The notes beneath the pieces were generated by a model that saw nothing but the letters and a program-made list of their open reading frames with translations, was not told where the DNA came from and ran no database searches. Position numbers and translations under genes: made by a program. A DNA stretch of 64,000 bases from Schmidtea polychroa (taxonomy: Eukaryota): contig CM097885.1 in NCBI GenBank assembly GCA_044892525.1, positions 40,674,001 to 40,738,000 of the forward strand, in the 5' to 3' direction. Of this stretch, positions 38,090 to 52,643 are shown piece by piece (the first letter of the stretch is position 1; every line of letters begins with the position of its first letter).

Positions 38090-39051
38090 ATCGGCTGAAG
38101 CAATAATAATAATAATAAAGTTTAATAGGTTGAGTATGTATGTAAAAATATTTGATAATTAAAAAATTAAACAAGAAAATAAAAACTAAGGTCAGTATTA
38201 ATATATTAATACAAAAAGGAAAAGGAATTTTGGAATCGGGAAAAAAGGAAAACAACAATATTCTTATCTCAACAGCCTGCCAGTGATAACGTAATTGCTG
38301 GGAGAAGGCGGTTAAACAAAAAAGGAAAGAGTGAAAATAGCTTGACAGCCGTCAGAGATAAAAATGGAACATGCGGGTAAAGCAGGAGAAAGAAAGTGAA
38401 AATCACTTGATTATCTTGAGTGTCACAATAGAAGCAAACTATATAAAGATAAACTAGTAGTTACAAGGGAGACTAAAAATTAGAGACAAAAATTACACGA
38501 TATTAAGACAATTTGTGAGACAATTTGGGAGAGACATTTTTGGGAGAGACAATTTGGGAGACGATTTGAGAAACAATTTGAGAGATAAAATTATTGGAGA
38601 AAAACTAGACAACATCGGACGAAACGTTGTTGGAGAAACGATTGTGAAAAGAATTGTAAAGAAAATAATTGTGAAGAATAATTGTCGGAGAAGATTTGAA
38701 TAAAAGAATTAATTGAAAAATAAAACGAAAAGAAGTTACTTGAGTATTTGAATGAACTTGTGAAGAAGGTCAAAGAAAACAACCAGCTCAAAGTCCTGTT
38801 GATAAACCAATCAGTAATTTGTGATCTTTTTATCCGGTGTTATACAAAAGTGCTATTCCTCACCGAGTGTTGTAATAAGCATTGCATAGTCACCAAGCCC
38901 GGGTGTTGAATTTATTGTCAGTGTAAAGTGAAAGTTATTTGAGACTATCAATAAAGATTTCTGTTGTCGAGTGTTATTTTTGTGGATCGTATAAAGACAC
39001 GTTTGGAGTCAGATTAACATTTAAATTTATCACCAACTCAATAACCCAACA
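38090..39051 (+). mobile_element. LTR copy related to 5823-6814, 5' end unclear
   Basis: Collinear similarity from about 38150 to the shared end ctcaataacccaaca. Confidence 0.8.
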
Positions 39052-39070
39052 GTTTAAAGGGTTATGTTTA

Positions 39071-39470
39071 TAAGGTTTTAAAGTTTTGAACATTTGACCC
39101 TCCGAGGGTAAGACCTTCAAGGATATGGCCATTATACTTACCTTTGTATTACCTTTTGTTTGATATGTATATTATAAGGTTTTAAAAATTTGAAACTTGG
39201 ACCCTTTGACCTTGGGCCTTTCAACCTTGGACCATCATATTCACCTTTGTATTACCTTTTGTTATATATAAGTATATATATTATAAGATTTAAAAGGTTT
39301 TGAACCCCTTGAAGGTTTTTATATGTTCAAAGGTTACGGACATTCATAAACCTTTGAAAGTACGACCATGATACTTACATCTCTTATACCTCTTGTTTGA
39401 TATGTAAATTATTAGGTTTTAAAATTTTTGAACCTTGGACCCTTTGAGGGTATGACTTTCAAACTCACCA
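39071..39470. repeat. Degenerate tandem repeat, about four units of 105-130 bp
   Basis: Recurrent taaggttttaaa..tttgaa..tggaccc..ccat..tacctt..tgtttgatatgta. Confidence 0.7.
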
Positions 39471-39487
39471 TCAAAATTCCATTAGAA

Positions 39488-39583
<96 letters not shown>

Positions 39584-39801
39584 TGGTTTGAAGAATATTT
39601 AAGTTTGGACACCATTTAAAGGTTATTGGCACACCATACACCTTCGAGGGTATGATCACCTTTCGTATGAGCTATCAAATAATAAAAGCCATTGGTGGGA
39701 ATTCTTAAAATTTAAATTTTAAAAATATGACCTTGAAAAAATAATATTTTGAAAAATAATAATAAAATAGTTATATGACCTTGAAAAATGGTCTGAGAAA
39801 A

Positions 39802-40150
39802 ATGTTAGTATCCTTAACAATAATAATGATATTAATGAGCCATCGATCAACGAAATCAAATCATAGTTACAATAACCAAACAGTATGGCATTGCTAGACC
39901 ACTTAACCTTCTCCGTGTAAAAAATAATGCTGATATTTATAGTGACCCGTTCTATTCCCACAAAACGGTTACAAAATGTGCCTTCAGCTTCCTCCCGATG
40001 AATTCAAAGCTGGAAAAGGGACACATCTTTCTGTTTTCTTTTTCATAATGCGCGGTGCAAACGATGTACTTTTGCAATGGCCTATGAAACTGGAAGTGAC
40101 AACTTGCTTTAATGTCGAATATATTCGACAAATATACGGAGAGGGTTAAT
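39802..40150 (+). pseudogene. TRAF-type MATH domain fragment, intronless, frameshifted
   Basis: SYNNQTVWH..IYSDPFYSH/NGYKMCL..GKGTHLSVFFFIMRGANDVLLQWP matches the TRAF-C pattern; not in the ORF track. Confidence 0.85.
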
Positions 40151-40159
40151 AATATTTTT

Positions 40160-41083
40160 GGAAAATAATAATATGACCTTGAATAAGTCATAAGATCTTG
40201 AGAATGACCTTGAATGAGTCATGGGCTTTGTTTAAATGAACTTGGCAATTTTGTCCTTGAATGAATCATTGGATGAGTCACGGTCTTTGATTAAAATTTG
40301 ACCTTGAAAAAAAAAATTTTAATAAATTTTTATAACGTGGGTAAGTGGTCTAGCGGTATTCAATCCATTTACTGATAAATTGTTCCATCCTTAAACTTTG
40401 AAAACAGTATGAATTCCCGATATTTTAATAAGCCAAATAAATAATGTAAATTTAGTGAAAGGTTCAATATAAATTCAATTTGGTTTGAAAGTAGAATTTG
40501 AGAAGATGACAAATTTCATTCATTTCTTATTTCATATTCTAGACCCATCAATGATATCTTTTTAAAAGAAGGTATTACTTTATTAAACGAAAAATAATAT
40601 AAATTAATAAATAATGGAGTCTTTGGATTATAAATAAAATTGAATATATAATTGTTATTATAACGAAATATTCGTAAATAAGTAGATTGATCTGTCATGT
40701 TTTTATTGCGACACCCCAGTCTTCATTAATTAAAACTTGCACAGTTGGTGTTGTAAATATCGATGATAAATGATTTTTATATAGCATTATTTACTATTTT
40801 GAAATATGATGATGTTAGTAATAATAATAACTGTAATCATAGAAATAGACAAAAAATAATAAATACTACTTCCGACTTAACATATAATAGTTGTAATGAT
40901 AAGCATAATAATGAACATACCTCTATGATAACATGATATTAATGATAATAATAGTGAAATAATGATAGGAAAATTATAAAAATACCGAAATAATAATAGA
41001 AAAATAATAACAAGAGCAACATAGTAATAATATTAATAATAATATTGATAATAATAATAGTAATAATATTAATAATAATATTG

Positions 41084-41175
<92 letters not shown>

Positions 41176-41190
41176 TATAATAATAATAAT

Positions 41191-41254
<64 letters not shown>

Positions 41255-42283
41255 TCCTAAATATCCATTGTTAAGAAATTGACCTAACCTATTCATAAAA
41301 TTCATCAAAGTCGTATTTCAAAAACGTTAAATCTAAAGGCTTTTATAAAAATAATATTAAAGCTTATAAAATATCAAAATAAAATACAATCAATTTTTAC
41401 TTTTTACTTCTCTTTTGGATTCCGAATCACAACTTAAGTGAAAGAATTTCTATCTCGAATTCCCTTATCTTCGGTTTTCTCTTTTCCCATCGGAACAGTC
41501 TATTAATTTCTTCTGAAATTCGAGCAGTCAATCCTCTGAAAATGAGTTGTTTCTCCTTCTGATATACTATGGGTTCGTTCAGGTATAGTTAATTTTTCTT
41601 GTATTTTTAGTGGTTTCTGTCCGAAAATATTTTGTTGATTCTGTAGTTGAGTTTTTTCGTAATCTTCTCCGAAATATTGTTAAGTGGGTTCAGTAGTTAT
41701 TATTTCTGCAAACTTAGTTATTTTTCTTTAAAAATGGTTTATGTCAGACCAGTATTTAACTTTTTATGGGTTTTGAAATCCAAGTAATTATTCTTGATTA
41801 TTTATCTCCGAACCTTTTTCGAAAAATCTTTGTAAATATTTATTCAGATTGAGTATTTTTGCACAAATCTTCAATGTTTTTAACTACAGACGAGAACTTT
41901 GAGGATAATAAGTGTTTTGATGGAAACAAATTTGATACTCAAAATATTTGTAAATTATCTGCCAATGAGGTTCAGTTAATGATTATGTCATTTTGGGATG
42001 TTGTTTTAATGGCTAGCAATACAAAAATTAAATTTTTGTAAAACTGACTAAAACCGTATGTAACTAATCTCATAATTAAATTAATTAATTAATTTATGTG
42101 TTTATTAATTAATTTTTATTATTAATTTTTTTTTCAAGATCAAATTTTAAACAAAGACCGTGACTCATCTGATGATTCATTCAAGGACAAAATTGTCAAG
42201 TTCATTTAAACAAAGCCCATGACTTATTCAAGGTCATTCTCAAGATCTTATGACTTATTCAAGGTCATATTATTATTTTTCAA
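40160..42283. repeat. Inverted repeat pair (about 40160-40320 and 42127-42283) rich in TGACCTTGA and TGAGTCA
   Basis: Arms are reverse complements with scattered substitutions. Confidence 0.85.
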
Positions 42284-43868
42284 TTTATTAATTAACTTAT
42301 ATCTTTGATTCATATAAATTTTTGTCAATCTTATTTATATTTATTTTGTACCTTAAGCAAATCAAGTAGAGATATTCTCAATTTCTTTTAGGTGCTTTTA
42401 AAATAATATCTTGTTTATATATATTGTAAATCATCAAAGTTTTACTGTACTCCTTGATAGAACCCCAAATAATCGTTTGATTAATTTAATTTTGTTCCTT
42501 TTACTTATTTTTAACTTTTACGTTTTATAATTAATATAAATTTTCAATAATAACGTTTTTACTGTTTATCAAAAATATTTAGAAAATTTATTTTAACGTT
42601 TTAATTATGTTTATTAGATATATTTCATGTCAAATCGCAAATTTGATTAATTTGTCGAGATTATCATTCAATGTTCATAGCAATTTTCATTTATAATATT
42701 TGTTTTTTACTTTTTAATTTCTTTTAATTTATTTTCTTGCATTGTAGTTCATGTTCTAATCAGAGAAAGTTAATATCATTTGTTACAGAACTGCAGTGAT
42801 TCGAGTGTTTAATGAGCATTTCTTGATTTAGTAGGAATAAATATCAAACTCTTAATGATGATGTTCCAATAGACAAATATTTCTCGTTTTTTCAGGCCGA
42901 AAGAATTTCTAGATTAGGTGAAATGGCTTAAAATTAATTTTTTAATTTTAAAGTAAAATTAAAGGCTTGGATTTTGATCCATATAGATATGAGATCATTA
43001 CTGAAGCTCTTATATATTACTTTTTCCAAAGAAGTTTTATTATAAATTATTTGAAATAAATTTTACACGATTTTTAGATATATTTTAATAAAAATTTGTA
43101 TTTATTCGATACAACGTGAGTTCTATTATTTTGAAATTAATTAATTGACAAATATAATTTATTAATCAACAAAGAAATCTATTTTTTACAACATTTAGCG
43201 AAAAAACGGTGAATGTGTTCAAAATAGTTTTCCAAATTTTTATAATCATCTTTTTACATCTCATTTTCCAAAGCCTTATTGACTAAATCGAATATCCTTT
43301 CGAGGGACATATTGGTTTGTATAGAAATTTTATCTTAAAATTTACGATTTTCTACATTATTTTGGCAACATCAACATTGGACGTCAATGTTGATACAGAA
43401 ATTGTAGAACATTTTGAAATGCTAAAACGCTAATAATTTATTAAAAATTGAACATATCTTACGAAACTATGTCATCATTATCTCTACCACTGAAAGTTGA
43501 GTTTGCGGAATATTCGTCAAATATTTTTCGGTCATTTATTTTTAAAATTATTTGTAAATAATTTATTATAGTTCGTTTATTTATTACAACGATTCTATAT
43601 ATCAAAGTTTTGCGTGAAGTTTATACTATTTGTTGTGTTTGTGTGTGTAAGTTTAATTTTTCTATCACTTTCTAACTTTCTATATTAAATGAGTTTGTTC
43701 ACTACAACACTAAAAATAAACACGCGTGAAAGTTTGTGTATTTATATAATATAAACTTATTAATTTATTATTATTATTATTATTAATTTATTAATTTATC
43801 ATTATAGATGTGTCTATTCATTTCAAACGAGTGAATGTTACCTGTTGGCTTAAAATGAAGTAAAAATC

Positions 43869-43918
<50 letters not shown>

Positions 43919-45467
43919 TCTATATGGTGTCGAATTTATTTTATTTTAAAGATGATTTTGAGTTGATGTTTTGCTATTTTGGATGAAAAACAAATAAAAT
44001 TATTAGAAGAATTTTTGATCTTTACAAAATAAAGCCATCTATTTTACAACTAGATGACCTTTTGGACAAAGGAGATAAAAGTTAAAGTTGTTCAATTTAT
44101 AGTTTTAAATGATGATTGTAATTTAAATGATTCGCCTGTTTATGTTGTTTATATTAGTGAAGTAGCAGCATTGAGAGCTACTGAGAGAGATATCGCTGTA
44201 GTTTAGTGTGCTTCAAGAAATCCCGTTCAAAACAGAAACTGTATCGGAACAGAATAATTGCCATTCTGAACGATGACGTAAACATAGTGAAAGAAGAGCG
44301 ATATAAGGATAAGAAAAACCAAAAGAGAAAAGAAAATGTTTATTGAGTAGTATTAACTTAATTGAGAGAATCTCTCATAGGGTTACCTGGCCTTAAACCT
44401 AGTAAATGGATTGAAATTGTATATACATAAAATTGTAAAGATTGTGAAATGTAAAATTACTAAAGGTTACTTGTGTTAAGTTATTCCTTTGATCAATAGC
44501 ATGTGGAGTTAGATAAAGCATATAAATATCTCAATTATTTTTTGAATTTATAAAAGAATAATCATGTCCAAAGTGAAATAAGGTTTGGTTGGATAAGCTC
44601 TTTGATATTCAAAACTTAAGTTTCCTCATTAGGTTATTTATGTTCAAAATTTGTTAGAAAGGTTCGTCTACATGACTTGCATTTTGAAATTCGTGATATG
44701 ATTTTTTTCATGGTAAGTTTTTTTGATTTTTATTCAACGTTTAATAGGTTATCTTTGTGTATTTGTTAGTTGACTTTGAAGACATGATAAGAAACAAGCA
44801 CATAGATGAAATTTTAAATGACTTTTGCAGGTTCATGATAAATAAGCAATTTATTCATTTAATTTTTCTTACTGGATTCATGGTTATTTCTAGTAGAACG
44901 TACTTTTTTAAAAAAATCTATCCTAATATAAAGAACTCAATAAGTCGTAAGACATTTCTGTTCTGTTTCTCGGCTTTGATGAAATTTGTCAGTAGTCTGC
45001 AGTCTTTAAACACGTGTTTCCGGAAGAATGAGAGCGGGAAAAGGAAATAAACTATTATTTAATCCGAATAACAATATTTATTCGATTCAAGTTTTGTTGA
45101 TAAAAAAATTAAAATTATCTTGATAAAAAATAAATTATAAATAAATAAAAAATTATTTTATATTATAAATTAATTAATTTTATTTTTAACTTTTTATTGA
45201 TCAACAATAGACAGGTAATTTAAGTATAAATATTGATCTATTTTTTATTCAAAAAACGAATAAAAATCTGTGTTTAAATTTTTAATTATTCCAAAGACCG
45301 GAAATTCAAATAAAAACATTTCCTGTTTAAACAACAGAATTTGATAAAACAATATTTATCAGTTAATTAGAACCTTTTTGAAGGTAATTTTATTTTTACC
45401 AATAAATCTTTTAATCATTTTTATTAATTTATCTAACCGAAGATGAAAAATCGACACCTTCAAAATA

Positions 45468-46218
45468 CAGTAAACCCCCGCAATTACGACCTAATTGGTT
45501 GCTGAAAAGAAGTCGTAATGTGAGCAGTCATAAAGAGAGGTTTTATTTCCCATTGACCCAATGTTATAAATGGCTAATTCGTCGTAGGTCTTAAATTTCG
45601 CCTATCTATTAATAAAGGAAGCTTACACTTGCTACAGACAAATATATTATGAAAAAAAACCATCAGTTCAAAAAATATTAGATTGTTATTTTAAGAAGAC
45701 TCCAACTATTCTTGGGGGTGCTCAACCTGTATGTGCCAGCCAGTCAATGGAGGTTGATAATACAGAGGTGATAGAAGATTTTACAATTGAAAATGATGTA
45801 GTTGCAATCGACGATGACCCCATTGAATACTGTCCTTCTCAATCACACGAAAAGTAGCTTTTGTACTCAAATACGCAATTGTACCAAATTTAATTAAATA
45901 AAATTGTATTTTAAATTTTTTTTATGAAAGAAATATTGTTTGTATTTTAAATATTATTCACTAGATATTATTCACTTATTAATAAGTATTAAAAATAAAC
46001 AAAATACTTAATAATATTCGGTAGTATTGTGATTGAAAACATAAATGTCTAGTATTTTGTTATAAAATTAGTCATTATACTTTCATTGAAGTTAGGACCT
46101 AACTATTGTAGGCTGGGGGAATGCATAGCTAGGCTAGTCGTATTTATGAGTCATGGTCGTGATTGGCCCCCTAAAACGAGGTCGTAAAACCGGGCGGTCG
46201 TAAGGCGAGGGTCTACTG
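45468..46218. mobile_element. Non-autonomous pogo/Tigger-like (Tc1/mariner) element
   Basis: TA|CAGTAAACCCCCGCAATTACGACC ... GGTCGTAAGGCGAGGGTCTACTG|TA. Confidence 0.8.
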
Positions 46219-46679
46219 TACTAATGTGAACATTCGAAATTAATTTTCCATTCTTTTAGAAAATGATTTTAAATTGATATTTATAGTACATTCAATAAAG
46301 ACTCAAAAAATTTTAATAATCTATTAATCTTAAATAATCAACTCAGTATTAAATTTAAAATATCTTAATACATTTTTTGTCGAAAGTATTATATCATAAA
46401 AAACTGCAAAGTAATCTCTAAGAAGAGTCAATTAAAACATTAGAAAAGAGCCTGTGAAATCCACAAAATAAAAGTGACAGTTAATTATCAAATTAAGAAA
46501 TATTAATTCCATTTTGTTTGATTTTAATATTGTGATTTTTTTGTGAAAAGTAAATAAAATTTACTATTTTTTTATTTTTTTAGTAAAGAATTATTAACCA
46601 TTTTTATTAATATAATATACTTTATTAAGTAATAATAAGTTGTTTTAATATTGTTATATAAAGAATTTAAAATCTTATT

Positions 46680-48050
46680 ACTGGTGACTACGGTGAAAGC
46701 TAATCTGTCAATGCAATTAGAGGAAATTCTTCATACCGAAATAAGCTATTACCGAAAGAATGACAATTTCATGTAGATTGACAGATAATAACAAATGTCC
46801 TTGACTACCTGAGCTTAAAGAAAAGAGACTGAAACAAGAGACAAATAACCACTTACGTTTGGGGATCCCGATGAACGACAAGTACATTTTTGCAGTAAGT
46901 CAAACCATTTATTTTGAAATTGGTATTTGATAAAAGTAATGGACGAATTATTCAAAGAAAGTTCTTTTGCATACACGAAGATCACGCTTATTCAGAAACA
47001 GCAATCTATATGAAGGAAGACTGGAAGTAGGAGCAAGATGAAAATTAAAATAAGTAGTTATTGAGATATTATGGATCACTGGGGCATCAGTTAGTGTAAT
47101 GAGAAAGCGCTGCTGAAATGCAATATAATATCCATTACTAAAACAAGCATAGTCTTATTGAGTGGCACGTTTTCAAGTGAGTATGAGAAAACCTTGGGAA
47201 TAGTGTAATTCTAGAAGCTGGCTGGAAAAGTAAACTAAGAAAATCGTTTCTACAAGTATTTTGCAAGATTTTATTGAAGGAATAAATACATTATTATAGT
47301 TTGGTTAATTTTAAAAGAAATGCGCAATATTGATGCTTAATTATTTAAAATACAGTACATTGACAGATTCGCATTTTGAAATTTGAAAGAAAATCTGAAT
47401 TTAGAAATATTTTTATGGCATCCAGATTCAATTTAGGGCAAAAGAAGATAAGTCAGTATGAAATAAAAACAGTATGAAATAAATCACCAATTTTGCAGAA
47501 CCTGCGTACACAACCAATACATGATTAAAAACGAAATTGACAAATTGAAGGTAAGAGTTATCATAAAGTATCACAACCTGTGGAATTCCTCATTGGTCTC
47601 AATAATAAAGAAAGATGATTCTAAAAATTTATTTTCAATACCGGATATGCAGTTATTATTTTATTGTCTCGGAAAATCAAAAATAGTTTCATCACTCAAT
47701 TTAAGACAAGCTTATCATTAAGTCAAATTAAGACATCTTTTCATACAAAAGAAGGACAATTCTGCTTTAATAGTCTACCATTAGGATTTCCAACAATTCC
47801 TGTCCCATTTAAGCGATTGATCCACCAAAGGTTAAAAGGATTTATTTAGACGATATATTAATATATGCATGAAAATAACAATAATACGATAAAATTATTT
47901 CTGAGGTATTTAGTAAATAAGTAGGACTGCAGATTAATACAAACAAGTGTCAATTCTTTAAAAGTTAATTAAACTTTATTAATTATATAATAAATATGTC
48001 CCAACTTCGATCATCTTTCACATATTGCAGCACCGCTATATGCTGAAACA
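46680..48050 (+). pseudogene. Heavily decayed Ty3/Gypsy gag-pol remnant
   Basis: Protease-like TGASVSV; RT pieces WNSSLVSIIKKD, SSLNLRQAYH, KTSFHTKEGQFCFNSLPLG, YLDDILI. Confidence 0.75.
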
Positions 48051-48171
48051 TTAGAAAATAATAAACAAATCTGATCTTCAAAGGGTTAATTAAAAATAAA
48101 ACTTCACTTTTCATAATAATAATAGCACATTTTCTATAGCAAGTAAATCTGTACACAGCTCGATTTATTCA

Positions 48172-48212
<41 letters not shown>

Positions 48213-49009
48213 CATGTAGCTAGAACTATGGGATAAGTGCGAAATACATACGACCTGATCTACAAATATTAAAAAGATAAATAAATAAACAATTGTGGGT
48301 TAATTTTGCTTTGATATAAATCCTATGCACTCAAATAGATGTCACATGAGTTTGATGAACAAATTATTGGCTTATAGCATATTCAATTTGGAAATGGTGG
48401 TATGATAATAATTATTCGTAATAATAATAAAAATAATGCATAATAATAACCTAATATTTCAAAGATTTTAATTCCCGATATCATTTTATTTCAAATGTTT
48501 AACCGTTAACCTCCTTCTACCGACCGGAGCACTCGTGTCCACCTTTACCTAACTATATCTTTTCCTAAAATTAACAACCATTAAAATGGCCTTAGGTAAT
48601 CTCCTAGTTCCATAAATGAAACTTCTCGGCAAAAAGTATTTTGCGACTTTCAGGTGTTTATAAAAAAGACTCCGCCAATTGAGGATCCAGTAGACGCTTT
48701 TCATTTACCTTTTCTAGATAATATTTTGTCCATAATAACAGACATAACAAATAAGGAGGGTATCAGAGTGCACACAGGAAATAAATATAGAAACAGTGGA
48801 AACCAGTCTATAATATTGAGATAGGTGTATTTATTGGGCCATCTAAAATCGAAAAAATTATTCACCAATTACAAATCAAAAATACAGACCTCCAATTTTT
48901 CGAGCGATCATAAAAAAAAATATCATGAAATTTATCAATCTATTAGATTCGATGATAAAAATTCAAGATATGAAACGCCTACCAATGATAAATTTGCACC
49001 TATCAGAGA

Positions 49010-50620
49010 AACATCCATAGACAAAGTATGGATGAAATTATGGTTTCGTTTGACGTTTGTAGTCTGTTTACTAATGTACCATTGGTTGAAACAATTGAAA
49101 TATGTTGCTTGTTATGGAATGAAAATATTTCTGAACATCATATTTTGGATAGAACAGCATTTCGTGAACTTCTTGTATTTGCAACTTCAAAAATCAATTT
49201 TCTTTTCAATGATGAATGGTATCAACAAATAGATGGAGTTGCTATGGGTTCTTCTTTAGCACCAACGATGGCTTCAATTTTTTAACAAGCTTAGAAAAGA
49301 AAATTGCATCTTTCCAAGGTATGAAACCTACTGTTTATAAACGGTATGTGGATGATATTTATCTTATATTTGAAAATCAGAGGCATGTTGATCCGTTTTT
49401 GCATTATATAAATAGTCTACATAAAACATTGTAATACCATGTGAAAATGAGAAAAAATCATCACTTGTTTTATTGGATCTGTTAATACAACGCAAAGAAA
49501 AACACTATGAGACAGAGATTTATAGAAAACCAACAGATACTGGTCTCTATACTTCATCCGAAAGTTTTTGTGAATTCAAGTATAAAAGAAATATGGTGAA
49601 GGGATTGATTTATCGTGCATGGTCTTTGTCTTCTACTTTTAAAAATTCAGTAAAAAGTGTTGCCATATTGGTTAAATTGTTAATGAAGAACGGTTATTCA
49701 AAATCCTTTTTATTAATTATGGTGAAAGAGACTGTTGACAAATTTATTAAAAATCCTAAGGATCCATGTTTGAGAAAATCTGGGTGTGATCTTGTTGAGA
49801 TGTGTGAGTCTGATGAGTTAAAATCTGGGTGTGATTTTGTTGAGGTGTGTGAGTCTGGTGAGTTAAATAAATTAAATAGTGTGAGCAAGAATGATGAGCC
49901 TAAATTTGTGTTAGTATTGCCGTACTCAGAAGGTTTTAAGGATTATAAAGTGAAGATAAGAAAGCAGTTAGGGAATTTAAACTATAGGATAGTGTCAACT
50001 TCATGGAATGTACGCAATATGTTTATTAATAAGTCAAAAACTCCGGTTGAATTGTGTTCCGATCTCGTTTATCAGTTTACATGTAATGCCACATACATTG
50101 GAGAGACTTCCCGTCATCTCTGTATTCGAGCTCGAGAACATTGTAGACCGAAGGCTTTGACCCATATTGGTGAGCACAATAAGAGCTGTAAGATTAAAAT
50201 AGGTATGTTTAATTTTAAAATTTTATTAAAAAATTTCGATAATTATTGGGAACGTGTGATTTGTGAGGCGTTGTTGATAAAATCATTGAATCCGAAAATT
50301 AATGTGCAGAATGTAGTAAATACTTGTGTGTTGAGTGTTTTTAAATAAGCTTTTGTGTATTATATGTATTGATTGTTGTGTTAAATTAAATAATTAATAA
50401 ATATTTTTTTAAATTATTAAATTAAATTTTAAATGTTAAAATTTTAAAAAAATAATATATTTTTTTAAAAAATGAAAAAAAATTTTTTTATATATAATTA
50501 AATTTGTTTAAAATCCTTAATTTAATGAATTATTATATCCCACCTGATGATGACAGGAAAACTGTCGAAATTAATCGTGAAAAGAATGTTTGATTGGCGT
50601 TATCTTATGAATAAATATTA
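49010..50620 (+). mobile_element. 5'-truncated Penelope-like retroelement (RT + GIY-YIG), frameshifted
   Basis: SFDVCSLFTNVP, GVAMGSSLAP, RYVDDI, YRKPT, VYQFTC..YIGETSR..R.REH, E.LLI..P.IN. Confidence 0.92.
50541..50579 (+). ncRNA. Minimal type I hammerhead ribozyme
   Basis: CAC-CTGATGA-T-GACAG-gaaaa-CTGTC-GAAA-TTAA-TC-GTG: conserved core, stem II, palindromic mini stem III, stem I CAC/GTG. Confidence 0.8.
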
Positions 50621-51979
50621 ATTTTGGAAAATTTTATGTAATCATGTAATCTCACTGTAGACGAAAAATTGTTTTGTTTTGATGGAGTTTCCATTCAAAC
50701 AATATATGTCATCAAAACCAGAAAAATAAGGAATCAAAATATTTTGTATCAATTATTCGGAAACACGGTTTCCATATTTTGGAAAAGATTGTCGAAAAAT
50801 TATGCATTCGATATTATGGTTCAAATAGAAATATAACAATCGACAAGTTTTTTACCTCAAAACAATCGGCTCTAAATATGAAATGTTTTGGAATAACTGT
50901 AACTGGAACATTGTGGAAAAATAAACCATTTATTCCCAAGAAATTTCACCCAAATCGTTCTCGAGAAGAATTTTCGGCAATTTTCGGCTTCTAAAAGAAT
51001 TTAATTTTGACGTCATATGTTCCACGAAAAGGAAGACCAGTAATTTTACTGTCCACAATCCACCATAAAGATGTGATTGTAGAAAAAGATAAACACAAAT
51101 GGAAATGATAATTGAGTATAACAAAACGAAAGAAGGCACTGATCTTATGGATAAAATCTAAAAAAATTACACATGGAAAAGGAAAGCAAACCGATTGCAT
51201 GTAGGATTTTTTATGGATAATTTAGATATCAGTGCGTTTGTGGCGTATCTTATACACAGAAATATTTATAAAGATTGGAATATAAAATAGAACGCTAGAA
51301 GAAATACATTTTTGGAAGAAATTAGTGACTCAATAATTTTACCGAATTTGCAGCGAAGACAGTATTAAAATTTACGTAAAAAAGTTTTAAAAATTAGTTT
51401 TAAAAAGCTGTACAATTGGAAACAAATGCAAAAATTCTACAGCACCTTCATCTTCATTAGAAAAGAAACGACGTAAATAATCCCATTTATGTGAAACATA
51501 GAAAAAGAATATTCCAGTGTTGTATACATGGTGCTCAAAATACATGTAATAATCATGCTAAAATGATTTGTGATAAATGTTTGAATCAATAAAAATAGAA
51601 TTAAAAATAATATTATTTTATTTTGAATTTTTAATTGTATATCAAGTTTATTTTGTAGATTAGTTAATTAGCACATTTATTTAATGAAAATAAATATAAT
51701 ATAAATAAGAGATCTAAGTTTTAATTTAAAATATCATAATTGATAGTTTTAGTTACGATATTTAGATTGTTATATTGTTTAAATATTCGGATTTGATATT
51801 AAATATATATTTGAAAATAGCGTGTTAGCTTTAATGAATATTAATGGAAATGTTAATGTTTTATTACATTTAACTATTGTAAATTTCCTATAAATTGATG
51901 CCGGCCTCTTAAGCCGTTAAACGTAGGATGACTGACAAAACAGTAGTATGAGGCAAGGCTGCGCAACAATATATTGTAC

Positions 51980-52275
51980 TGACAATATATTGCAGTATAT
52001 AGTTAACAATACAATATATTGTATTGTATTGCGCTATAATAACAATATATTGTATTGTATTGCGCTACAATAACAATATATTGTATTGTATTAGACTACA
52101 ATAACAATATATTGTATTGTATTAGACCACAATAACAATATATTGTATTGTATTGGGCTACAATAACAATATATTGTATTGTATTAGACCACAATAACAA
52201 TATATTGTATTGTATTGGGTCACAATAACAATCTTTTGTATTGTATTGCGTTACAATAACAATATATTGTATTGC
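51980..52275. repeat. 31-bp subterminal tandem repeat
   Basis: CAATAACAATATATTGTATTGTATT plus 6 variable nt. Confidence 0.9.
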
Positions 52276-52643
52276 TTACTATTATGTTATATTATAGTCT
52301 AATGACAATTCTTTTATAAGTTAAATTGCATTTGAAAGTATTAAATTAATAGAACTAATAGAACAATGAAGCCATATTAATTCATTTAAAATAAATAATT
52401 ATATACAATAAATATTTATTTATTAAAAGAAATTGAACACAAAAAGTTTCCATCTCAATTATTGTTTTATTGAAAGTTTAATAAAATAAAAACATTATAA
52501 ATTGTATATTAATAAAGTTAAAATCATTTACAAATGGATGGAATGGATCATAATGGATAAACATGAACTCGTTTTTTGTGAAAAAGAGTTTACTCGTGCA
52601 AATACAAATCTTGAATCTATTTCCGTCAAAACACTAAAAATGT

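Noticed and set aside
37141..38094. TSD for the cofilin-LIM-Rab1 unit
   Set aside because: Flanks TTTAT and ATCGG do not match, so boundaries remain tentative
51980..52275. CRISPR-like appearance of constant repeat plus variable bases
   Set aside because: Variable part is only 6 nt, context is eukaryotic, and the array is subterminal in a hAT element
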